Virus record (IMG/VR): IMGVR_UViG_3300046534_001374
Location: 75,596 to 139,595 of that record
Length of the DNA: 64,000 nt
Source: a virus
Strand: one strand, 5' to 3'
In this document: piece after piece, positions 20,540-30,548 of the stretch
How positions within the stretch are numbered: position 1 is the first letter of the stretch
Layout of the letters: each line of letters begins with the position of its first letter
Notes under the pieces: model-generated
What the model saw: the letters and a program-made list of their open reading frames with translations, nothing else
Databases searched by the model: none
Told to the model about the DNA's origin: nothing
Program-made: the position numbers and the translations under genes

Positions 20540-20818
20540 ATGGCTAACAAATTAAGACTTGAGCAAGAAGATGGCAGTGTTTATAGACTGACTAAAGTTG
20601 ATGGAACTATTTTCCAAATTGAGGTAGAAAAACCTGACGGAGAAAAGTTTATCCAAAAATATGATGTAACAAAAGAAAAGGGTTCGCAGCTAATCAAACC
20701 TAAAAAGAAAAAGGTTGTTAAAGAACTTGAACCTGCTATTGAAGAGGTTGTTAAAGAACCTACCAAAACTAAAAAGAAAAAGGTTGTTAAAGAAGAACCA
20801 AAAGCCACCGAAGAGTAA
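20540..20818 (+). CDS. Lys/Glu-rich small protein with repeated KKKKVVKE
   Basis: 92-aa ORF, TAATTA-N5 late motif, internal repeats. Confidence 0.6.
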   Translation: MANKLRLEQEDGSVYRLTKVDGTIFQIEVEKPDGEKFIQKYDVTKEKGSQLIKPKKKKVVKELEPAIEEVVKEPTKTKKKKVVKEEPKATEE

Positions 20819-20836
20819 AACATTTTTTAAGCTTTC

Positions 20837-20880
20837 AAAATACCATAGGTTATTTCACCATAACTTATGGTATTTTTTTT
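20837..20880 (+). terminator. intrinsic terminator
   Basis: AAAATACCATAGGTTAT / ATAACTTATGGTATTTT stem followed by T run. Confidence 0.75.
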
Positions 20881-20890
20881 ATTTACTCAC

Positions 20891-20919
20891 TTGAAAAAGT
20901 TTTAACAGTCTGTTATGAT
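20891..20919 (+). promoter_or_regulatory. sigma70-type promoter
   Basis: TTGAAA-N17-TATGAT. Confidence 0.7.
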
Positions 20920-20928
20920 GAAACCGTA

Positions 20929-21273
20929 ATGGAAATTAACGTATTTGAAAAAGAAGGTGCTATCATCGTAGCACAAGTGATGTATAGTAATGAAGATGGC
21001 TGGGGTGTTAAGAATCCCAAATTGGTCCAAGCCTATCCCCATAGGAACGAACAAACCCAAAAAGCCGAACTCAATATTCAGTTGCTACCGCTTGTGTATG
21101 AAGCTCTACTCGAAGACCCAGCCCGAGGTTTCAGAGTGGCCTACAAAGTAGGCACATATCAAGATGTGACCAGTCAGTTTAGCAACAGCATCCCCGATCT
21201 ATATTCTACATTAGAGGAATCTAAAGAGAAGAAGAATGAAGCTGATACCGAATCCCAAATTGTAACTAGCTAA
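20929..21273 (+). CDS. hypothetical protein
   Basis: 114-aa ORF after promoter. Confidence 0.65.
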   Translation: MEINVFEKEGAIIVAQVMYSNEDGWGVKNPKLVQAYPHRNEQTQKAELNIQLLPLVYEALLEDPARGFRVAYKVGTYQDVTSQFSNSIPDLYSTLEESKEKKNEADTESQIVTS

Positions 21274-21277
21274 AGTA

Positions 21278-22315
21278 ATGAACGAACTACTAAAAAAGCT
21301 CAAAAAGAGCAACACAATTGAAGGTGCGGATACAATCAAAAACTCTAAGTTTTTTGTTGAGGAGTTCTATACGACAGGGGTTCCAGCTTTGGATATTGCT
21401 CTATCGGCTAGAGTAAAAGGTGGTGGATTCTCAAGAGGATCTTTGGTTATTGCGGGTAACTCCAAGACATTCAAAACATTGTTTATGCTAATCTTGGCCA
21501 AAGAATATATGGATTCTTGTCCCGAATCCATCTTCATCTTTTTTGATGCAGAGTATGGTTGTAGTAGCGATACAATGGAGTCTGTGGGGATTGATACTTC
21601 GAGAGTATATCACAAGCCTATTATGTCCATCGAAGACCTTAAATTGGATATAGCAAAAACCCTTAAAGATCTTACCGAAGAAGATAAAGTATTCATCGGA
21701 ATTGATTCTTTAGGTCAGATTGCATCCAAAAAAGAAATGACTGATGCGGAAGACGGAAATGTTAAAGTGGATATGACCAGAGCAAAAGAGATTGGCTCTT
21801 TCTGGAGAATTATTAACCCGCACCTAAACGTTAAGAAAATCCCTCTAGTTGCTATCGCCAAAACTTATGAGACTCAGGAGTTGTATTCTAAGACCGTTAT
21901 CGCAGGAGGTAAAGGTATGGAGCTTACACCGAACAACATTTGGGTAATCGGAAAGCAACAAGAAAAAGACGGAAAAGAATTCGTCGGGAGTAACTTCATA
22001 GTTAACGTTCACAAAAGTCGCCTAACTAAAGAGAAATCAAAGTTTCCAATCAAAGTTACCTTTGAAGGTGGTCTGGATAAATATTCTTCGCTATTAGACA
22101 TTGCAAGGGCAACTGGTCATGTTACTGTCCCGACACAGGGTTGGTATTCCAAAGATGGCGGTGAGACTAAACTAAGGAATAAGGATACCAATACTGCTGA
22201 ATTCTGGGGTTCTATCATCGACGATGTAACATTCCAAAAAGCAGTCAAAGATCGTTATTCTTTGGGCAGTCTTAAAGGAGAACCTGTAGAGATTGAAGTA
22301 GAACAAGATGTGTAG
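21278..22315 (+). CDS. uvsX: RecA-like recombinase UvsX
   Basis: TGVPALDIALS, GNSKTFKT, FFDAE, IDSLG, DMTRAK. Confidence 0.95.
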   Translation: MNELLKKLKKSNTIEGADTIKNSKFFVEEFYTTGVPALDIALSARVKGGGFSRGSLVIAGNSKTFKTLFMLILAKEYMDSCPESIFIFFDAEYGCSSDTMESVGIDTSRVYHKPIMSIEDLKLDIAKTLKDLTEEDKVFIGIDSLGQIASKKEMTDAEDGNVKVDMTRAKEIGSFWRIINPHLNVKKIPLVAIAKTYETQELYSKTVIAGGKGMELTPNNIWVIGKQQEKDGKEFVGSNFIVNVHKSRLTKEKSKFPIKVTFEGGLDKYSSLLDIARATGHVTVPTQGWYSKDGGETKLRNKDTNTAEFWGSIIDDVTFQKAVKDRYSLGSLKGEPVEIEVEQDV

Positions 22316-22568
22316 TAAAGATGACAAATCTCTGGGGATTGATGTAGAAAATATTCAATCCCCAGAATCAAAACGTATGGAAGAACTTTCAGAGAAGCAA
22401 GAAGCTTTCCGAATAAAGTTTGAAAAGGCTAGGACCGATGGCGTGTTCCTTGATAGGGAATGTGATGAAGCAAAACCCAATACTGTCATAGATAGATTTG
22501 AAGAAGAGTGTCGTAAAAAGATAGAAATACTAGAAGAATATGAAAGACAGAAAAGAGAAAGAAATTAA
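22308..22568 (+). CDS. hypothetical protein
   Basis: 86-aa ORF. Confidence 0.5.
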   Translation: MCSKDDKSLGIDVENIQSPESKRMEELSEKQEAFRIKFEKARTDGVFLDRECDEAKPNTVIDRFEEECRKKIEILEEYERQKRERN

Positions 22569-23463
22569 CAAAATGTTTGAACAGGTGTGTTTGGAATCGG
22601 GGGTGGTTGAGAAAGCACTGAAACCTGCTATTAAAATTACAGGAGGTCTGTTTCCGGTTCCGTTATCGGAGATATTAGGCATGGAGAGTTTTGAGTTTAA
22701 AATATCGGAAAGTGATTACGAAGCTGATGTAAAACTAAAAGATATCATCAAAGATAATATGGTAAAAATGGAATTAACAGGGGGCGATTTTTTACCATAC
22801 AACATATGCATACAGCCTGACACAATGATTGAAATGGGAGACCCAAATTCCGAGGAAACTGATGAATTAGGATTTTTCACGCACACACTTTCTACCAACA
22901 TGAACGTTGTTATTCGTGGTTGTAAATTAGCTAAGGGCTGGCGTGTTGACAATACGGAAGATGATTACACTATGCTACTTGTCAACACAGGCGAAAAACG
23001 AAGCGTTGAAAACTACTATAATGAGTATAACTGCCAAAAAAAGAACCACATAGAATCTATAGAAAATGTAAGATTTTTGGGTAAAGTTAAAAACTGGTTT
23101 GTTAAAACCTTTAGGAAAAATGTATGGACAAAAAAATTACATTTTCCCAAACCATATACACCACATATGGTAATATTGGATAGCATCAAAATGGATATTC
23201 ATGAAGTGGAGGCAACCCTAGGCACTTTGGTTCTGAGGAAAAATACGAATGAAAACTCGGTTCATATTAATATGATTATGAATAATCCCGAAAAAAATAA
23301 AGCTATAGAAACCGATGTCTTAGATGGTGTTTTTAATGAAGTCAACAAAGAGACGGATAGGCGTATTGCAGATGCGACCCAATTAATTGTTAATGCAAGA
23401 AAACGTCGGAATATTATCCATAATAGCTCCGAACATTTATATCAAAACTTAGTTGTATCGTAA
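22540..23463 (+). CDS. hypothetical protein
   Basis: 307-aa ORF. Confidence 0.65.
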   Translation: MKDRKEKEINKMFEQVCLESGVVEKALKPAIKITGGLFPVPLSEILGMESFEFKISESDYEADVKLKDIIKDNMVKMELTGGDFLPYNICIQPDTMIEMGDPNSEETDELGFFTHTLSTNMNVVIRGCKLAKGWRVDNTEDDYTMLLVNTGEKRSVENYYNEYNCQKKNHIESIENVRFLGKVKNWFVKTFRKNVWTKKLHFPKPYTPHMVILDSIKMDIHEVEATLGTLVLRKNTNENSVHINMIMNNPEKNKAIETDVLDGVFNEVNKETDRRIADATQLIVNARKRRNIIHNSSEHLYQNLVVS

Positions 23464-23487
23464 AAACAGAGGGGTATAATCATATTA

Positions 23488-24861
23488 ATGGAAGAGCTTA
23501 ATTTAGGATACATAGAAAAGGCATTAGCATATTCGTCGATTTTCGGTAAGGACCGTGAGATTTTCTGTCCTGCTATTATCGAATTCGTCTCCAAAAAAAC
23601 AATCATTGATGAGAATAACTTTCTTGCACTAAACATAGCAAAGGAGTTTTTTCTAAAACATAACCAAGTTCCAAGTCCTGCGGAGATTAAACAATATCTC
23701 AAAACGGAGGAGCAAAGGGATAGTTTCAGAGTTTTCTTGAAAGGGTATAAATCTTTTCAGAAGTCAAAATTTGATACAAAGATTTTATTAAATTCTGCTG
23801 AAGAGTTTTTCAGGCAGAGAATTATTCAAGGATTAATTGATGATGGATTCGCTAAAGGTATGGCGGGTGAACCTCTTGATATTGGAGAGGTTTACGGAGA
23901 GATGGAAAAGGCCATGTCAATCTATATGGTTGACGATCTTGGTCTACGATTGTTTGAGAAGACTGGTCGAGAAGACTACATTAGAGAGCTTAACGACGAA
24001 ACTAACCGCCTTCCAACAGGCTTTGCTTGGTTGGATCAGCAAATTGGAGGTGGGCTACTGGCAAAGGGTTCTGCGATGTATAACATTTGTGCTGCATCTA
24101 ATATCGGTAAGTCCAACTTCATCAAGTCTCTTGCTTGCAACCTTTCAAAACAAGGTAAGAACTGCTTGGTTGTATCATTGGAGATGCCTCGTTATATTTA
24201 CGCCGATAGATTCGTAGCCGAATTGGCAGATGTGGCAATCTTTAATCTTAAAAGTGAATCTGAAAAGATTGGGCAGTTTCTAACTTCTGCTACCGATAAG
24301 GGTTACGGGGATATTCTGATCAAAGACTTTGCAACTGGATCGCTAACACCCCAAGGATTGTCGGCATTCATCAAACGGGCCGAAAATCATTTAGGGATTA
24401 AGTTTGACTGTGTTTTTGTTGATTACCCTGAACTACTCAAACCAAGTAAGACATATACACAACACCATTTGTTGGTATCAAGCCTGTATGTTGAGACCCG
24501 AGCACTATCATTCAACCACGGAATTCCCTTCGTTGTCGTATCACAGCTTAACAGAGCCGGATACGACACCGAAAAACCTAGCATGTCTAATCTAGGTAGC
24601 TCAATTGGTATCGCCACTTGTTCCGATTTCTGTGGTTTCCTCTACGCAACTGATGACATGAAGGAGATTAACCAGTTTGGTTTCATTGTAGGTAAGAGCA
24701 GATTCGGTCCTGTAAATAAAGTTCACAGATTTAACACTGACCCCTTGACTTTAAAAATTTCCGAGTCTAGAATGCAGGAAGGAGATAGCATGTCTATCGA
24801 GCCTTTAGAGGATGAAACCGAAGAGGCGGAAGATTTCTTCGAGGATCTAATGAAAGACTAA
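23488..24861 (+). CDS. gp41: replicative DnaB-like helicase
   Basis: PTGFAWLD, AASNIGKS, SLEM, VDYPELL, SQLNR, KSRFG. Confidence 0.94.
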   Translation: MEELNLGYIEKALAYSSIFGKDREIFCPAIIEFVSKKTIIDENNFLALNIAKEFFLKHNQVPSPAEIKQYLKTEEQRDSFRVFLKGYKSFQKSKFDTKILLNSAEEFFRQRIIQGLIDDGFAKGMAGEPLDIGEVYGEMEKAMSIYMVDDLGLRLFEKTGREDYIRELNDETNRLPTGFAWLDQQIGGGLLAKGSAMYNICAASNIGKSNFIKSLACNLSKQGKNCLVVSLEMPRYIYADRFVAELADVAIFNLKSESEKIGQFLTSATDKGYGDILIKDFATGSLTPQGLSAFIKRAENHLGIKFDCVFVDYPELLKPSKTYTQHHLLVSSLYVETRALSFNHGIPFVVVSQLNRAGYDTEKPSMSNLGSSIGIATCSDFCGFLYATDDMKEINQFGFIVGKSRFGPVNKVHRFNTDPLTLKISESRMQEGDSMSIEPLEDETEEAEDFFEDLMKD

Positions 24862-24894
24862 TATGACTAATATGACTAATATGACTAATATGAC
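24856..24894 (+). repeat. 9-bp tandem repeat (GACTAATAT)x4
   Basis: Directly visible at the gp41 stop / next start junction. Confidence 0.9.
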
Positions 24895-25537
24895 AAAATT
24901 TTTTAACCAAGGAAAAATTAGAGGCGGTAAGATGGACCACTATTATACCGATAACTTTAAGTTTGGTAAATTACCTGTAGACCTCGCAGGGCAATCACAA
25001 GAGGTTTTTCACAATCTAGTTGATGCAGAAATTGTCAAGAAAATGGTAGATGTAGTGGAAAGAGATAGAATCGACGCAACAATTTTATCACTACATAATG
25101 CAGAATTATTAAACGAAAAAGATATGAACCAATACGAAAAACAGACAAAAACGATAGAACTCAATAAAGAGGATTTTGATAAAAAGATTGAACTGTATAC
25201 GGCTCTTCTTGAGGAAGAACTAGATGACCAGACCAAGTTTTTCACAGAGACTCTGGAAGATAAACCAGACTCAACAAATTTTACTTTAGGTAAAAAGTTC
25301 CAGTATTTGGACAACGAGTTTATTATAATTTCTGTGACGCACACAAGCGAATACATCTACCCTAGCGAAGAATTTAAAACTAAGGTTGTTTCTGAGATTG
25401 GTTTAGATCAATATAATCTTCTACAAATAGGCCGAAACTACAGATACGAGTATGCCGTTATTGCTGAATATTTTTTCGGCGGATTCCGAACAAAGACATT
25501 TAGTTTTGATCTGTTAGATGCCTTGGGTATTTACTAG
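24863..25537 (+). CDS. hypothetical protein
   Basis: 224-aa ORF starting MTNMTNMTNMT. Confidence 0.6.
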   Translation: MTNMTNMTNMTKFFNQGKIRGGKMDHYYTDNFKFGKLPVDLAGQSQEVFHNLVDAEIVKKMVDVVERDRIDATILSLHNAELLNEKDMNQYEKQTKTIELNKEDFDKKIELYTALLEEELDDQTKFFTETLEDKPDSTNFTLGKKFQYLDNEFIIISVTHTSEYIYPSEEFKTKVVSEIGLDQYNLLQIGRNYRYEYAVIAEYFFGGFRTKTFSFDLLDALGIY

Positions 25538-25570
25538 TTGAAAAAATAAGTTATTCTAATAAATATCTGA

Positions 25571-25861
25571 ATGAACTTATTCGATCAACACGATTCCCTT
25601 AGAAACTCACATGAAAAAATTTCTGATAGGGAGAACAACAAGAACTTCATTCACATGGTCACCCTTACGTCTCTTTTGAATAAAGTTTTCTATTCTCCCG
25701 TTTCGTTCTTGATTGAATATATTGAAAATGCTAATCTTCAATTGTTGATTGAACAACACACGGGGTATAATAGATATAATTTTATCATTCAATTCATTAG
25801 GAATTTTCCAAATGTGTCTAAATCTAGAAGACTAAAGAAAGTAGTAGACAACAACAAATAA
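25571..25861 (+). CDS. hypothetical protein
   Basis: 96-aa ORF, TAAATA-N5 motif upstream. Confidence 0.6.
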   Translation: MNLFDQHDSLRNSHEKISDRENNKNFIHMVTLTSLLNKVFYSPVSFLIEYIENANLQLLIEQHTGYNRYNFIIQFIRNFPNVSKSRRLKKVVDNNK

Positions 25862-25862
25862 T

Positions 25863-26153
25863 ATGAAAAAACAAACCCCCTTATTGACAATCGATGCGGT
25901 AGAAATACCCGAGGCACATGGCCAATTTGCAAAGGCGATTGCAGCATTAGCAGACAACTATGGTATGGATAGTTTTACTATGACATACAGACCTAATTTT
26001 GAAAATAGGCTAGGGTATGATGTTAGTGGTGATTTAAAGATTTATTATTCATCGGTTGACGGTAGAGGTAGACCCGAAAGAACTCTAAAAATAGAATGCG
26101 ACACCAAAACAACATCATCGATTATCTCAGAAAGAGGTGTTTATAGCCAATAA
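25863..26153 (+). CDS. hypothetical protein
   Basis: 96-aa ORF. Confidence 0.55.
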   Translation: MKKQTPLLTIDAVEIPEAHGQFAKAIAALADNYGMDSFTMTYRPNFENRLGYDVSGDLKIYYSSVDGRGRPERTLKIECDTKTTSSIISERGVYSQ

Positions 26154-26160
26154 ACAAAAC

Positions 26161-26829
26161 ATGGATAACGTTTCAACGGAAGTAAAAGAGTTGTATAACT
26201 TACATCTCCATACATCACGGACATTCAGAAGAAAGCCATTCAGGGCTAGGAAGAAGTTTGAGGACTTTGAAGAAGATCCAAGATATCCACACTACCTTTT
26301 TCTAACGAAGTGGTTCAGGAAGCATTCTGACATCAACAGGCAGATGTTCTTCGAGGCTACTCTGTATTTCCACAAGGAAGAAGAGTTTATCCATATCAAA
26401 GAGTATGCAACCAAGTCACAGGCACTAACAAACTACGTACAGTATTGTAAAATTATAGATGGTTTAGATCTTGACAATCCTAAGTCTTTAAGGTTCTGTA
26501 TGGAGTCGTATAAGTTTATCAGGAAATTCTGCAAAGAGAAGGGGGTTAAACTATCGGAGTATTTAGAGTATCGCGAAGCGGGTTGCCAACCTCATTTCTG
26601 GATTCATATAAAAGGACATAATATTTGTAGATATTCGTTGTTTCCATTTCCAGACTATGATACAAAATTGAAGAGGTTATACCGAGAGCAAGAGTTGTGG
26701 GGAATGTATTTAGGTAGTGGAGATTTCTCACCCTTCTTTTTCAAACAAAGATATGATGCGTCAAAAAAGTATAAGAAACTATCAAAAGAAATCAAATTAA
26801 AAGTTGAAAACACACCACCCACAAGCTAG
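26161..26829 (+). CDS. possible helicase loader (gp59-like)
   Basis: Basic, aromatic-rich ~220 aa protein shortly upstream of gp32 as gene 59 is in T4; sequence resemblance weak. Confidence 0.35.
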   Translation: MDNVSTEVKELYNLHLHTSRTFRRKPFRARKKFEDFEEDPRYPHYLFLTKWFRKHSDINRQMFFEATLYFHKEEEFIHIKEYATKSQALTNYVQYCKIIDGLDLDNPKSLRFCMESYKFIRKFCKEKGVKLSEYLEYREAGCQPHFWIHIKGHNICRYSLFPFPDYDTKLKRLYREQELWGMYLGSGDFSPFFFKQRYDASKKYKKLSKEIKLKVENTPPTS

Positions 26830-26832
26830 TAT
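26804..26832 (+). promoter_or_regulatory. sigma70-type promoter
   Basis: TTGAAA-N17-TAGTAT, 6 nt before ATG 26839. Confidence 0.6.
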
Positions 26833-26838
26833 AAAGAT

Positions 26839-27201
26839 ATGAACGAAGACACATACATCGAATCAGAATGGTTCCCAAACTCCACTGAAAATAGTGATGA
26901 AATTTCAGCTTATAAGACCTTTAATTTAATAATTAAAGGTCAGCAATTTGAACTAACTGAAGACGAGGTCGAAACCTTGATTCAAGAACTTCAAAATGCG
27001 GTATCGAGAAATAAACCCGAAGAAGAAAAGCCCGAAATTGACATCGAAACTTTATTCGAGCCGTTTATTAAAACGGCCAAAGAAGCTAGACATAACCAAG
27101 ATAAAGCGAAAGATATCTGGCAGGACTTCCCTACCAATATTCCTGAATTTTGGTGTGGGGTAGGGACTAAAACAAAACAAAACAAAACAAAACAAAACTA
27201 A
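26839..27201 (+). CDS. hypothetical protein
   Basis: 120-aa ORF. Confidence 0.55.
   Translation: MNEDTYIESEWFPNSTENSDEISAYKTFNLIIKGQQFELTEDEVETLIQELQNAVSRNKPEEEKPEIDIETLFEPFIKTAKEARHNQDKAKDIWQDFPTNIPEFWCGVGTKTKQNKTKQN
27169..27198 (+). repeat. (AAAAC)x6 tract, candidate gp32 translational operator
   Basis: Six perfect pentamers ending 9 nt before the gp32 ATG. Confidence 0.8.
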
Positions 27202-27207
27202 ATTAAT

Positions 27208-28173
27208 ATGAAAAAAGACGAACTAGACGCATTATTTGCGGAAGCAGAAGCAAAAACCGACAAGATTGATGATCAATCGAAAAGTAAAAAATCTCGCGAT
27301 GTGAGATTACTTGACTGTAATAAACCCAAAACGGTTCTATTCAGAATGTTTATGGATACCAAAGGTAAGGTTCTGAACCTTCCCTACAATTTCAACTCTT
27401 TCAAGTCACCTATTGATGGTAAGAATGTTCCTCTCGGAATTTCTAGAACTCTCTGGGATGGTGAGCCGGATTATATCAAAAAGTTTCAGACTGAACTATG
27501 GGGCAACGGGCAGAACGACCTAGCGAAACTCCTTTACCCAAAAGAGAGAAGTAGAGTTAATATTTTCTGTCTTAGTGATTCCTCAGACGAGGCAGCAGAA
27601 AAGACTTTCAAGGTTTGGGAATACAGCAATAAACCGGTAGATGCCGAAAGACCAAGAACGGGTTCTCCCTTTAATAAGTTCCTTAAAGAAATCTTTGACG
27701 ATCCCGAAAACGAGGTCACCAAACGTCAACTATTTTCACTAGATTTTTCTGGAGTTACTATTAAAATGGTTATCACCAAAGGGGACGATCCTTGGCCCGA
27801 GTTCAAATTCTCTATATATACAGGAAAGAAGGACGACTTCTTTAAGAAGATTACACCAGAAAAGGCAGGTATTCTTCAAAAAGAGAAGGGTTCCGATCTT
27901 CTGTCTATGTTGGAACAGCCCAAGATTGATGCAGAGCTGGATAAGATTCTTAAGACAAGGCTTCTCGGTGTTTCGGTAGGTGCCCAAACTTCAGCCAGAA
28001 CAGAAGCTCCTGTAGGTTTCGATGATGACGAGGATGATGATGACATCCCGATGTCCCACGGCTCGTCGGAAGACACAGTGAGCGAATCGTCCGAAACTTC
28101 TTCGAAGGGTAATGAATCTGATGATGCAGAATTCGATAATCTGATGAAAGAATTCGATATGGAGGATGAATAA
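27208..28173 (+). CDS. gp32: single-stranded DNA-binding protein
   Basis: D.R....K..V.FR, ELW, VNIF..SD, KVWEY, FSLD.SG, strongly acidic C-terminal tail. Confidence 0.8.
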   Translation: MKKDELDALFAEAEAKTDKIDDQSKSKKSRDVRLLDCNKPKTVLFRMFMDTKGKVLNLPYNFNSFKSPIDGKNVPLGISRTLWDGEPDYIKKFQTELWGNGQNDLAKLLYPKERSRVNIFCLSDSSDEAAEKTFKVWEYSNKPVDAERPRTGSPFNKFLKEIFDDPENEVTKRQLFSLDFSGVTIKMVITKGDDPWPEFKFSIYTGKKDDFFKKITPEKAGILQKEKGSDLLSMLEQPKIDAELDKILKTRLLGVSVGAQTSARTEAPVGFDDDEDDDDIPMSHGSSEDTVSESSETSSKGNESDDAEFDNLMKEFDMEDE

Positions 28174-28181
28174 TTAGGGCT

Positions 28182-28622
28182 ATGTCACAAACACCTGAAG
28201 AATTAGAAATTTTGGCGGGGATGGTCGATCATATTAATATATTCGACAATCAATTAAATCGTCAAATGGAAAAAGCGCCAACCGTTGACAGTCGAGTTGA
28301 ATCAAATCGAATTGATAAGAGACAAGCTCTAACCCAGCTTGCTCGACATGGTAGACCTGATGCCCACAGTGAAGGAAGTGGTGATAAGGTTCCGCTATAT
28401 CAACCAAATGCCAATGATGGTTTTGGTGATATGGCAGAATTTCCTGCAACTACACACCAAGCCCAACAAATACGGAAACAACACCCTTCACAGCAACAGT
28501 TTGTTGAATCTACATCTCTATTACCTCCGAGTATTTTAACTAGTATTTTGAGGAAATTGATTTCGATTGAAACTTCTGTTAACAAATTAGTTGAAAAACA
28601 AAAAACTACTGATAACATTTAA
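28182..28622 (+). CDS. hypothetical protein
   Basis: 146-aa ORF, TAATTA-N5 motif. Confidence 0.6.
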   Translation: MSQTPEELEILAGMVDHINIFDNQLNRQMEKAPTVDSRVESNRIDKRQALTQLARHGRPDAHSEGSGDKVPLYQPNANDGFGDMAEFPATTHQAQQIRKQHPSQQQFVESTSLLPPSILTSILRKLISIETSVNKLVEKQKTTDNI

Positions 28623-28625
28623 TAC

Positions 28626-29366
28626 ATGAGTAAAAAGATTATGGTCAATCGAAAAGAATTCGAAAAGAATTTTTTAGAAGCCATAAAGTCTTTTGTTCCC
28701 AAGTGCGAGTTCTTCCCCATCTATATGATTAGGGGAAAACTCGTTACTTTTTGTGCCAATAGGCAAGAAAACGGGACACTGGCTTTATATTTAGAACACA
28801 CACCACTTCACCACAATTTGGATGAGGGTGACGTAATTTACATCAAAGACCCTCAGAAGCTACTCAGTGCGGTTAAAATGCTAAGTGACGAACGTATCCT
28901 GCTTAAGATTATAGATCACCAGATTGTATGTAAAACTGATGATTTTCAGTTCACATTCACTTTATATGATCCTATTCTAGCCAAGAGAGATAAAACTTTC
29001 TGGAAACCTGAGAAGTTTAATAGTATTAAAAAATCATTTAAGGTAGGAGTTCTTTTGGAAAAGGATTTGATTGCTAAGATTAAGACTGCTTGCAACGTGG
29101 TTGATATCGATACAGTTACTATCGAAAACAAAGATGATGAAATGTTATTAACCGTAGGGAGCAGTAAGGCTAACTCGGTGAGCACCAAACTCCCCTATAT
29201 CGATCACTTCTCAGAACATAGTAAGTTCATCAAGAATATTTTCCATTATGTTGGTAAGTCTGATGCAACCCTTTATGAAACTGAAGACGAGAAAGTAATT
29301 GGATTCAGAGAAGAGAATGAAACTAATGTAAAATATTACATCGTAACCAAAACTAAGAATGCATAA
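28626..29366 (+). CDS. gp45: sliding clamp (gp45-like)
   Basis: 246 aa, two-domain alpha/beta pattern, IYIKDPQKLLSAVKML, C-terminal YYIV. Confidence 0.6.
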   Translation: MSKKIMVNRKEFEKNFLEAIKSFVPKCEFFPIYMIRGKLVTFCANRQENGTLALYLEHTPLHHNLDEGDVIYIKDPQKLLSAVKMLSDERILLKIIDHQIVCKTDDFQFTFTLYDPILAKRDKTFWKPEKFNSIKKSFKVGVLLEKDLIAKIKTACNVVDIDTVTIENKDDEMLLTVGSSKANSVSTKLPYIDHFSEHSKFIKNIFHYVGKSDATLYETEDEKVIGFREENETNVKYYIVTKTKNA

Positions 29367-29625
29367 TTTGGAAAAAGAAATATTGGAATTTGCCACAAAC
29401 AACTGGGGTGAAAAAGATCTATGTGGTATCGGTCTGAAGCTAGGTGAGGAATGCGGAGAAATCCAAGGTGCTATAGTTAAGATTCCTGAAGGTAGAGCAA
29501 CAGAACAAGATCTCAAAGATGAGATTGGTGATTCTTTGATTGTGCTTTCACAACTAGCAGCCAAGATGGACACTACTTTGGATGAATTGAGATTTGGTCG
29601 TTTGAAAACTATAGTGGAACGTTAA
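29359..29625 (+). CDS. MazG-like nucleotide pyrophosphohydrolase
   Basis: KLGEECGEI...LKDEIGD motif. Confidence 0.85.
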   Translation: MHNLEKEILEFATNNWGEKDLCGIGLKLGEECGEIQGAIVKIPEGRATEQDLKDEIGDSLIVLSQLAAKMDTTLDELRFGRLKTIVER

Positions 29626-29629
29626 AGTA

Positions 29630-30133
29630 ATGGGTAAAATCGAATCAAACATCACCCGACTTTCTTATATGTTAAAACGTTTAAGGGGTTCTGGATACAA
29701 AGCAGATAAACTTATAGGTAACAGTGACCCAAGAAGCTTGGAGATTGATTTCGAAAAGTTTTTGGATAAGGTCTTTCCTGAAGAGAGGCCGTTCTATAAT
29801 AAAGATATTAAAACCGTTCTAAAAGAGTTTAGAACTGAATTTCTTAGATATACTTATTTGACAAATAGCTATACCGAATTTGATTCTAGGAAGTGGACGA
29901 TCATTATCGATGGTGGTAGAGGGAATGTTTTTTTAACTTTCTTCGAAAATTCAAAAGATGTAGACGAAAAGTATGAAAGCTTTGGTAGTGATTACTTTGA
30001 GATATATGACGGCGATCAATATGTCAAACCTATCAGAAAAAAGTTAAACACTCATTCATTTGAAGTAATAGTTAAGGAATTAAATGCACTTGGTATCCTA
30101 AATAAATTCGCTAACTATAGTAATGGAGAATGA
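29630..30133 (+). CDS. hypothetical protein
   Basis: 167-aa ORF. Confidence 0.65.
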   Translation: MGKIESNITRLSYMLKRLRGSGYKADKLIGNSDPRSLEIDFEKFLDKVFPEERPFYNKDIKTVLKEFRTEFLRYTYLTNSYTEFDSRKWTIIIDGGRGNVFLTFFENSKDVDEKYESFGSDYFEIYDGDQYVKPIRKKLNTHSFEVIVKELNALGILNKFANYSNGE

Positions 30134-30542
30134 AGATCAGAACATAATCGACCAGCTCGATCTTAATACCGAAGAACAAAAGGGTGTTGAGAAGTTTTTA
30201 GAGGCGGTAGATTTTAAATCTAAAGATTTCCGCGCAGTATCAGAAGCACTGGAGGAAAAATACTATATTCCATTAGATGCCGAAAAGAAAACCCTTGAAC
30301 AGAAAACAGTTCTATTTAATATTCTTCAAGAATTCTTCAGTTGTTTTGTTGTATTTGGGTATGATATGTCAGGCAATGATATGTATTACCACTTTGCCCC
30401 TAACTCACTAACGCATACCGCGTTGGATAAAAAGTTCCAAGAATTAAGTCAGCAGAGAGCTATTCAAGAATCGGGCCTATTCCAAATCTTAAATCAAGCA
30501 TCCGATGAAGATCCGGAAGATTATGAAGATGATGAAGAGTAG
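30123..30542 (+). CDS. hypothetical protein
   Basis: 139-aa ORF. Confidence 0.65.
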   Translation: MENEDQNIIDQLDLNTEEQKGVEKFLEAVDFKSKDFRAVSEALEEKYYIPLDAEKKTLEQKTVLFNILQEFFSCFVVFGYDMSGNDMYYHFAPNSLTHTALDKKFQELSQQRAIQESGLFQILNQASDEDPEDYEDDEE

Positions 30543-30548
30543 TTAGAT

